From Candidatus Hodarchaeota archaeon (GTDB lineage: Archaea > Asgardarchaeota > Heimdallarchaeia > Hodarchaeales > Hodarchaeaceae): a stretch of 31,364 nucleotides of DNA. The translations under genes and the position numbers were made by a program. Below are positions 20,801-27,408 of the stretch, one piece after another (the stretch's first letter is position 1; every line of letters begins with the position of its first letter). The notes beneath the pieces are model-generated. The model was not told where the DNA came from. It worked only from the letters and a program-made list of their open reading frames with translations, and did no database searches. The DNA lies in the NCBI GenBank assembly GCA_016839785.1, contig JAEOTQ010000106.1:1-31364 (forward strand), in the 5' to 3' direction.

Positions 20801-20946
20801 TCCCAGATAAATTTATCGGGATTCTTTAGTTCCCCATTTGCCCTAGAAGCGTGTATTACTGCTGTGGAAGGTTGTATGGCAATTAAAATACTCAGAATCA
20901 AAATTGGGAGAATAAATCTAAGATATAGGCCATTCCTAGCAGTCAT
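17836..20946 (-). CDS. Family-5 (peptide/nickel) solute-binding protein fused to DxDGxPD acidic motifs, a TM helix and a cytoplasmic TPR-like domain
   Basis: LDPG..YE, YESLV, LAT.W.VS..G..YTF.LR..V.FHDG, GTGAYKL, GWAADYADPDNF; TM FSIFHVGLLIIITNIALAAFIV followed by RIRRE; GAGGTGA precedes ATG 20946. Confidence 0.88.
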   Translation of the reverse strand: MTARNGLYLRFILPILILSILIAIQPSTAVIHASRANGELKNPDKFIWETLSIPNAIKSLDPGINYETTGSTIIELIYESLVGYKGNSVDELEGRLATGWTVSPNGRVYTFNLRKNVVFHDGVVFNAYVMKYSIDRSILMNDPWGPSWMIAQVIKGGSTYMQYFNPNYTEAQAYLDAGGVVVVDDYTLEINLESAYSPFINSLAFDVGSAVSPKAVIDNRPTEYTLFIGDKVYGMVPLDKWFSTLSDYTKLGLTSDHNPKISGVVPGSHRFSDSYHSWMKNHAIGTGAYKLQSLTENSILLQKNDNWWGSFSLHSVEEIEIRSEIDDDTRIQNLINGDSDMVYVEKPDAYKIITPAGESLYEGITTFTAPTSTTFFLGMNMKESLSQIYLNESENSIYNASLLSRFAKGEVKASQNNPFTSVIFRKAMASAFDYSFYIDNILNGIGKQMEGIIPEGILGHNENLTEKGLLPSYDLETARILFEQVGWQGTIKLVYPVNNEILSYIYLSLANSLVMCDVGIRAILQPMEQDQYDEVSWHQKIPLNYCGWAADYADPDNFIAPYLHGQYGVFATMLSYENPSLNTLIEDAAIEQDIDVRREMYQNIEEIAANDSLYIYLNQKLKLVAFRDWIQNYNESGSLNPMNFGPEFQYIDKIYAFYDRDIDGMPDVWEFRMGLNAQDPSDAKLDLDGDWVHNVDEYRGGTNPREFWSFPLISFSIFHVGLLIIITNIALAAFIVRIRRETEKRNWITKLKAPDYPTALKIQKLGFTDYVALVQTETDAKTLLAKANALYLQCEFLKSIQQYESALDVFELLENDRMVAETSLRIVLLQKETQILTPESHILQRFPTPPYKHPAVVAFHHMIQALLAETEKNWGSAEKEWITALDNENLDVEFQVICQGALVASEFKTWLSNPSPVAKKKMLTMLNKWQDDCENNQYYSELCQVYLLRARIDLASFQFNQVEHWINKCLRIAQQENMKLYYDIAMKESVKFERLRTNITSILKLDTQLSPQDQHKRVEEYVREALGIKKSQKDNQ

Positions 20947-21282
20947 TTGGTTCACCTCAAACCAGTTCGACCATATGAGTCAGTTCTTATTGTAGGGTAT
21001 TGTATTAAATAGTTGGTTTTTGAGGCAACTTGGGAATGGAAAGAAGGGCTGAGGGGATATTAATGCAATTTCTATCAATTTTTCGATATGACAACCCCAA
21101 AAGGATAAATTTGTGAGGGTATCCAAGAATTAATTAATTGAGACTGTCCTTCTCTTTTCCTTTGATCATGGCAAAAATGTACGATTTTAAAAGAAGCGAA
21201 AATAAAGCATTAATTCGAAAGAAAACATCTGGTATTCTATAAGTTTAGATTCTGATGAAGTAAACTAGAAAAAGAGGATGGA

Positions 21283-21844
21283 ATGATGACAAACAAAGTG
21301 TTGATTGCATATGGAACTCGATTCGGAAGTACAGAAGAAATTTCGAGTAAATTTGCAGAGATCATGAGGGACAAGGGATTAGATACAACTGTCATAGACA
21401 TTAAAAAAGATAAATGGCCTTTATTGGATCAATTTGATGCGGTACTAATTGGTAGTAGCATAAAAATGGGAAGATGGACAAAAGAAGCAAAAAACTTCCT
21501 CCAAAAAAAATACCTCAGTTTTGAAGAAGAAATCATTCTTAGCAGTATTTGTAAGCTCAGGGGAAGCTGGAGATCCAGAAAAATATCAGGAAGCGAAAAC
21601 CAAGTACGTGCAGACTGTACTCACAGAAGCAGGTTTCGATTTGAATAAAGTGATGCATGAAGCGTTTGGGGGAGTATTCGATCTGACAAGTGCGTCAAGA
21701 ATGGGTTGGTTAGATAAGAAATTTGCTAATATGGGAGCAAAGGAAGAGGCTAATTTAACTGAAAATGCATATAATGATCTTCGTGATTGGGATCAAATCC
21801 ATGCATTTGCTACTGAGGCTACCACTAGAATTCTTAATCTTTAG
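21283..21844 (+). pseudogene. Flavodoxin-domain protein (HemG-like), frameshifted in an A8 run
   Basis: IAYGTRFGSTEEI, AVLIGSSI, AFGG and DLRDWDQI motifs are split over ORFs 21283-21648 and 21521-21844; A7 instead of A8 at 21503-21510 restores one ORF; may be an assembly error. Confidence 0.85.
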
Positions 21845-21897
21845 CAGATTATCCTAAAGTTATTGAATCAGGTTACCAGGAGAAATATCAGACAAGA

Positions 21898-22287
21898 TTA
21901 TAAGAGAGTACGGGCCTTTTTTAAATCATCTACTCCAATGATTAACCTGTTATTTTCAGCTAAGTAAATCAAATCAATATTTATCTCTTCCTGAGCCAAT
22001 TTACGAAATATGCTTCCCCCAGAACCAGGTTTTGTGACTATATTTTTGATTTCGATAACTAGGACCTCTCGCTGATCCTTAATCGTAAAACCAGCTCGTT
22101 CCAGAATATTATATGCTTTACCCGCTTCTTCAACCAGAATATGAACTATATCTTCTGCTTCACATAAGGCCCCGGAAAGACCTTCTATATTAATATTTTC
22201 TTTACCTAGTGTTTCTCCTAAAGCAGCGAGAGCACCAGGCTTATTTTCTAATACAATAGCAATATCCTTCAATTTAAAACTCCTCAC
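21898..22287 (-). CDS. Tandem ACT-domain protein
   Basis: LENKPGALA...ENINI and TKPG...EEINIDLIY repeats. Confidence 0.88.
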   Translation of the reverse strand: MRSFKLKDIAIVLENKPGALAALGETLGKENINIEGLSGALCEAEDIVHILVEEAGKAYNILERAGFTIKDQREVLVIEIKNIVTKPGSGGSIFRKLAQEEINIDLIYLAENNRLIIGVDDLKKARTLL

Positions 22288-22422
22288 ATTTAATTTTCCT
22301 TTTTAAAGAGACGTTATGATATATATAGTTTCCTGTCGCTACATCCTTCCAATATGAAAATTCATCTATATCCAAATAAAAAAACCATCAAGAATTTACT
22401 TGTGAGTTCCTAGATGAGCTAA

Positions 22423-22944
22423 TTAAAGGTTCTTTTCCATGTATAGCCAAAAGGGTTTCATTTTATCAAGTATTTCAGATCCAGGATATTCTTCTCTTTC
22501 AATGAACCCTAAAGATTGATACATACGACGTGCACTTTCCATAAAAGGTCCAGTATTAAGATAAATTTTTGTAAAACCTAATTTTTTCGCTTTTTTCAGT
22601 AATTGTTGTAGCATCTCTTTTCCTAATCCTTTTCCACGATATTTTTGCCTTATATACATCCGTTTAATCTCTCCAACATCTTTATTGATATTTCGAAGAG
22701 CACCCATACCTGCGACTTCCTCATCTACATACAATAGATAAGCAATTCCCTCTGGAGGGGTAAAAAATGCAAATTCGTCAACAATAACATCAGCAAAATC
22801 ACGGTAGCTTAAATCATTCGTAGGAAGAATTTGAATATCATATTTCTCCCTAATTTCAGTATATACCCAAGTAAAAAACTCTTCGTTTAAATCAACCAGT
22901 ATCGATCGATGACTTTCTAGATCAATTATAACAAAATTTGACAT
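22423..22944 (-). CDS. GNAT family N-acetyltransferase
   Basis: EIKRMYI..KYRGKGLG acetyl-CoA motif; A..MYQSLGF. Confidence 0.92.
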   Translation of the reverse strand: MSNFVIIDLESHRSILVDLNEEFFTWVYTEIREKYDIQILPTNDLSYRDFADVIVDEFAFFTPPEGIAYLLYVDEEVAGMGALRNINKDVGEIKRMYIRQKYRGKGLGKEMLQQLLKKAKKLGFTKIYLNTGPFMESARRMYQSLGFIEREEYPGSEILDKMKPFWLYMEKNL

Positions 22945-23080
22945 TACTTACCATCTTCTAAAACCATTTTAGATTTTTTTCCAAACCAAACAAATGGAAT
23001 TCTAATTTCAAAGGATAAGAGTAGGTAATTAGTAACTTAGGAGATTTGGGATGAATTTCCTGGTGTTTCTCTTGGTAAAA

Positions 23081-23620
23081 TCATTTATATAGCTGTAAGA
23101 ACTGGTATTTTTCAGGATCAACTTCTTTAATAGCTTCAGCAGCACGATTAATATCAATTTGGACTATTGGTTCGAATTTTTCACTCAATTTTTGGGGATC
23201 CTGGATTTTCTTTGTCACAGAATAAAGAGTTGCCCACAGGTGGTCTTTAAATAAATCAACTGCTTTTTTCGAATCAATCTTGAATAAGGGTTCAAAATTT
23301 TCCCGAAAAGATTGCACATCACGAGTATCTGTCCCCGAGAAAATCAAAATGTCCCAGATATGTTCTTTGACTTTCCCTGTGTCAATTTTGACAATTGCTT
23401 CAAATTCTGTCTTCAATTCGTTCGGATTCTTTATCTCTTTTGTCAAAGAATATAATTTAGACCACAACGGAGCTTCAACTAGTTTGATCGCTTTTTTTGA
23501 TTTAATTTTAAATACTGGTTCGAGTTTTTTCCTATAAGCCTCCTTGTTTCCAATGTCACTAATGGAGGAACATAGCATTATCCAGAATTGGTTTTCGATC
23601 TTTTCTTTGTACTCTCCCAT
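23081..23620 (-). CDS. Hypothetical four-repeat helical protein, copy 1
   Basis: GGTGATG upstream; about 68% identical without gaps (hand alignment) to 29652-30194. Confidence 0.85.
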   Translation of the reverse strand: MGEYKEKIENQFWIMLCSSISDIGNKEAYRKKLEPVFKIKSKKAIKLVEAPLWSKLYSLTKEIKNPNELKTEFEAIVKIDTGKVKEHIWDILIFSGTDTRDVQSFRENFEPLFKIDSKKAVDLFKDHLWATLYSVTKKIQDPQKLSEKFEPIVQIDINRAAEAIKEVDPEKYQFLQLYK

Positions 23621-23680
23621 AACATCACCATTTTGAATCTCTTCTATTTTTTCTTTTAAAAACCTATATGTCAGAAATAC
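23621..23680 (-). promoter_or_regulatory. Putative promoter and RBS shared with paralog copy 2
   Basis: Minus strand ...TTTAAAAGAAA...AGATTCAAAATGGTGATG-tt-ATG matches ...CTTAAAAGAAA...AGATTCAAATTGGTGATG-aa-ATG at 30195-30250. Confidence 0.6.
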
Positions 23681-23749
23681 CCGTGAACTTAGCTATGGTA
23701 GCAAATACTATAGTGTCTCTAGTTTGGGTAACCAAATCTTGAGAGAGAT

Positions 23750-23900
23750 AAATTCGATTATTCAATACTTTGATTTTTTCTATTTAGTACCATCAGTATA
23801 AGAATTGGTAGAATAAAAACAAAGGCAGTTACTGAATTCTCAGTTGATGTCGTTGGTTCTTCATAATTTTCATGGTCAAAAATTGCTGGAAGAACTAGTT
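23750..23900 (-). pseudogene. Start-less 3' remnant of a surface-anchored protein
   Basis: Minus frame LVLPAIFDHENYEEPTTSTENSVTAFVFILPILILMVLNREKIK reads as Thr-rich linker + TM + basic tail, preceded by an in-frame stop. Confidence 0.35.
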
Positions 23901-24092
23901 AGTAAAAGTAAAAACCGAATCCCTTGTGAAGTAGATCTTTTTTCAACTTCCTTCAATCCATTCTAGAGGCATATCTGCCTGACTAATTACCTTCATTCTC
24001 GGAGGTTTATGTAGGTTAAGGTACTGATAATCACGTTCGAATAAAACTTAAACTAATGTTTATTACAAATGTTCTTTTATTGGGTAAAGAAA

Positions 24093-25204
24093 ATGCAGTC
24101 ACAAGACATTTTTAAAATTATTAATAATAGACGATCGATAAGGAAATTTACTGAAAAACCAATTTCGAAGGAAATCTTGGAAAAAATACTAATCGCTGGA
24201 CAAAGAGCACCTTTTGCGTTTCAAGGATGGAGTGTAGTATATACAAGAAAGCCAGAAAAAATGAAATTGAAAATAGGGGTGTATCCCATGACTAAAGTAT
24301 TGATGTTCTTCTTACTTGATTTAAATATTATTGAGAAAATCATTAATCAGCGGGGGTATGACTATGATGCCGAAGATGCCAATACCATGTGGTTGGCAAT
24401 TCAAGATGCTACTCTTGCATCGGAAAACGTAATTTTAGCAGCTGAGGCAATGGGTTTAGGCTCTGTATTATTGGGTGCAACACCAAAACGATATGAAGAA
24501 ATCAGAGAGGTTTTTAATCTTCCGACCAGGGTTTTTCCTATTGTAGGATTATGCTTAGGGTATCCTGATCCTGAAGCATTAATGGAGGTAAGGCCAAGGT
24601 ATCCTCTGAAGTATATGGCGTTTGAGGATGAATATAAGGACCCTAATGAGGAAGAAATTAAGGAATGCATGAAAGCTATGGATGAAGGCTACAAAACACA
24701 GGGATACTATATCAAAAATCAGGCCAAGATTCCGTTAGACGAGAAATTTGGTGAAGATAAATATGATTATGATAAATATTCCTGGTCAGAGCATGACTGT
24801 ATTTGTCAGATAACTAGTTAGAAACTAATCCTGGACAGGATGAGTCACACATCCACTATCCGCAGGGTAGCAACAAGAGAAGGTATGCCGTCCATTGGGA
24901 CTACTTGAATCAGATCTTCTGGCAACATCCCAAAAATCACGAATTTTGTTTCAATTTTGGCCATTTTTCTCTTGCCTTTGACGGGTAACTCGTCTAACGT
25001 AGTTACAAGAGAAGGGGGCTTAAAAGTTAGGGAAAATTTTTTGTCATCACCTCGGATTGAGGAAGTAAGGGACGGAGGCCTTTTAAGGTTGAGAGAGAGA
25101 GGTCACCGAATACGAGATATCATACATTGTCGGACAAAAATGATCATGGAATTCGAGGTCCGCTAATTATTGAACAACTGAAAAAAGCAGGCTTTAAGCT
25201 ATAA
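24093..25204 (+). pseudogene. NfsA/FRP-type nitroreductase interrupted by an insertion just before its C-terminal helix
   Basis: RRSIRKF, QRAP, QDA.LA.ENV.LAAE.MGLGS, LCLGYP, RPRYP, YSWSEH; missing tail ...GIRGPLIIEQLKKAGFKL* lies at 25127/25145-25204, followed by a T-rich tract. Confidence 0.85.
24796..25144. mobile_element. Small non-autonomous insertion (~330-350 bp; boundaries uncertain), no transposase
   Basis: Flanked by CATG at 24792-24795 and 25145-25148; imperfect terminal inverted repeat TTTGTC(A/C)GA(T/C)AA at equal distance from each CATG; about 42% GC by hand count versus lower-GC flanks. Confidence 0.6.
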
Positions 25205-25230
25205 ATTTACTTATCGGACTAAACTATATT

Positions 25231-25244
25231 ATTTTCTTTTTTTT
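25231..25244 (+). terminator. Archaeal-type oligo-T terminator candidate
   Basis: ATTTTCTTTTTTTT about 27 nt after the TAA at 25204. Confidence 0.4.
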
Positions 25245-25486
25245 CCGACAACAAGTAATTCATATTGTTGGCTTGTACCTTAGAAACAGGTCATGAAGTG
25301 GTTTTGGAATCCAAAAATAACCCATTGGCTCTTCTATATCCACTTCTAAGGAGTAATTCCACCGACATTATACTAGAGAATCTGATAATATTCCGCTTTC
25401 TAGAACACCTGTTCTAATCAGTAGTATCTTAAGATATGATAGATTAATTTAGTTGAAGTCTTGCTTTAAACAACTCATAGCAGTTC

Positions 25487-25944
25487 ATGGAGAAAAGTGA
25501 ATTGATTTCAAAAGGAGTTGTGTTTACCCTCATCTCTATATTCCCTCTAATCGTTGGAACAACGGTTGCTTACGTCATATTTCAACAACAACAGAAGAGA
25601 ATCTTGTCACAATCAATACTGAAATATCCCTTTACATTGGGGAATCAGTAATTATCAAAGAACATGAGATTAAACTGAAGTTTGTGGATGTAATAGATGA
25701 TTCCAGGTGTCCAAGCGATGTAGAATGCGTATGGGAAGGAACAGTGTCATTAGTGATTAATATACGCTACAATAGTCAGGATCTAGGCAATTTTATTTTA
25801 AACTCAAGTAATTTACACAAAGCTTCCTTTATGGGATATTATGTGAAGTTAAAGGTGCTGGAACCCTATCCTATCTCAACAGAGATCATTCCTAAGTCAT
25901 CGTATCATGCCACCTTTCGGATTGCTGAATACGGACCAGATTAG
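25487..25944 (+). pseudogene. Membrane-anchored small extracellular protein with DSRCPxDVxCVWEG motif, frameshifted
   Basis: ATG 25487 and a TM helix in one frame; the frame of ORF 25684-25944 is open back to about 25582; one extra T in TTT 25580-25582 joins them (IFSTTTEENLVT). Confidence 0.75.
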
Positions 25945-26285
25945 GTTGAATCTTCAGGTTTAGGCTATTTAGGAAGATATTCCTCGACTGTTTTTTTTAA
26001 TCCAATAACTTTAGGGATTACAGGTATTAATTCGAACCGATTTTCCCTTAATTTTACAGTTATGCTTCTTTAACTAAACTGAGTATTAAAATCCCTTCTC
26101 TCTTACATTAGAAAAGTTATAATTCCATATATAGAGTTAACCGAGCGTTTAAGTGTGTTTAAAATTGGAAAATCTAATTTGATCAATAGAATTACAAAAT
26201 AAAATTGATTTACGAAGAGTGAATCAATCCTCCTATAAAGGAATCAATTTCCTGAGAATATAGTGTGTATGGAGATGTTATTTGA

Positions 26286-27314
26286 TTGAAGGTATCTAAC
26301 CAGGTTTTCGTCATCACCCTTATTTTGAGCACGATACCCTTAGGCTTAGTTATTCTTCAACTTCAAAATGATGAAACAATTACTCCCAATGATGATTTTT
26401 TTGAATTATCGATCGGCAATATACCGACAATAAATGTATCTACTTGGTTAATGCCAATAGAGGGTGAAATTGAAAATCCTGTTGTCTTTTCCTATGAAAA
26501 TTTAACCTCCTTACCAACTCTAACGATTAATGCCACTTTAAGAAGTGTAAGTGGAAATTCAGGAAGAGCAGAATGGCGTGGAGTTCCATTAAAAAATATA
26601 TTAGATACAGTTCGACCTACTGAAAATGCTTATGATGTGGTTTTTTATGCCGCTGATGGATACACTTCTTCATTAACAATAGAAGAAATTAACACCTCGG
26701 AAATTCTTCTGGTATTTGAAATGAACAAAGAAACCTTACCAGCAGGTCAGGGTTTTCCGCTAAGAGTTATTGCACCCGGGTACTATGGCTACAAGTGGGT
26801 AAAATGGTTGATAAAAATCGATATTGTAGAAACTGATTATATTGGGTTTTGGGAATCTAGAGGATGGAATGATAATGCTCGATTTTCTATTGAACGTGAT
26901 TGGTCAGTACATGCCCTTCTATTTTCAATTTCATTTATGTTCGGCGTAGCATCAATGATGACGGGATTAAAATTTTCTAGAACCTCAATATTATTTAAGG
27001 ATCTACCACGATTTATGAATCGGAGATTTCACCACTTTTTATCATTAACATACGTGATTTCAGCTTTCATCGTGTTTATTTATTGGATCATTCAGACGTT
27101 AATCGATCGGGGGAGGATTTTTTATACACCACATGGAATTGTTGGATTTATTTCTATATTGTTGCTGTTAGTAACTGCAATAACTGGGATGAAGAGAGTT
27201 ATTAGAAATCCTGAATATAAAGGGGTTCATCGTGGATTATACTTTTGGGCAGTCTTCGTTTTCTTAGTTTCCATTGTATTAGGGTTGTTGCTTTCCATAG
27301 TTTTTTTCTATTAA
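26286..27314 (+). CDS. Sulfite oxidase/MsrP-like molybdopterin-binding domain fused to a C-terminal 4-TM His-containing (cytochrome b-like) domain
   Basis: W.GV.L, ADGY..SL, MN...LP..QGFPLR...PG.YGYKWVKW, GFWE.RGW; TM His in WSVH, RFHH, TPHG, GVHR. Confidence 0.88.
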   Translation: MKVSNQVFVITLILSTIPLGLVILQLQNDETITPNDDFFELSIGNIPTINVSTWLMPIEGEIENPVVFSYENLTSLPTLTINATLRSVSGNSGRAEWRGVPLKNILDTVRPTENAYDVVFYAADGYTSSLTIEEINTSEILLVFEMNKETLPAGQGFPLRVIAPGYYGYKWVKWLIKIDIVETDYIGFWESRGWNDNARFSIERDWSVHALLFSISFMFGVASMMTGLKFSRTSILFKDLPRFMNRRFHHFLSLTYVISAFIVFIYWIIQTLIDRGRIFYTPHGIVGFISILLLLVTAITGMKRVIRNPEYKGVHRGLYFWAVFVFLVSIVLGLLLSIVFFY

Positions 27315-27408
27315 TCCTATCATTTTCCTAATTCATAGTCATTGTCTTTTTGTATTTCCAAAACGCTAGACGTTGGTTAAGGTATGAAGAATCTGGACTA
27401 GCGTATAA

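Noticed and set aside
21038-21160. Possible ncRNA closed by GGAAAGAAGGGC / GTCCTTC..TTTCC
   Set aside because: Low-complexity purine/pyrimidine pairing with short, conflicting inner stems; insufficient without covariation.
1269-23004. Shared 13-mer AAATGGAATTCTA at 1269-1281 and 22992-23004
   Set aside because: AT-rich single block; such matches are expected by chance in 31 kb.
24791-25133. Canonical bulge-helix-bulge intron in the nitroreductase (GCAT-GAC-TGTAT ... ATACA-TTGT-CGG)
   Set aside because: The central helix pairs only 3 of 4, there is no exon stem, and canonical cuts give the wrong frame (EHETKMIMEFEVR*), missing the LKKAGF tail.
24796-25144. Group I or group II intron identity of the insert
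   Set aside because: No GUGCG start or domain V motif and no recognisable group I core by eye; a covariance-model search would be needed.
24957-25166. 69-aa plus-strand ORF
   Set aside because: Straddles the insert boundary and overlaps the nitroreductase tail out of frame; likely a shadow of the antisense frame.
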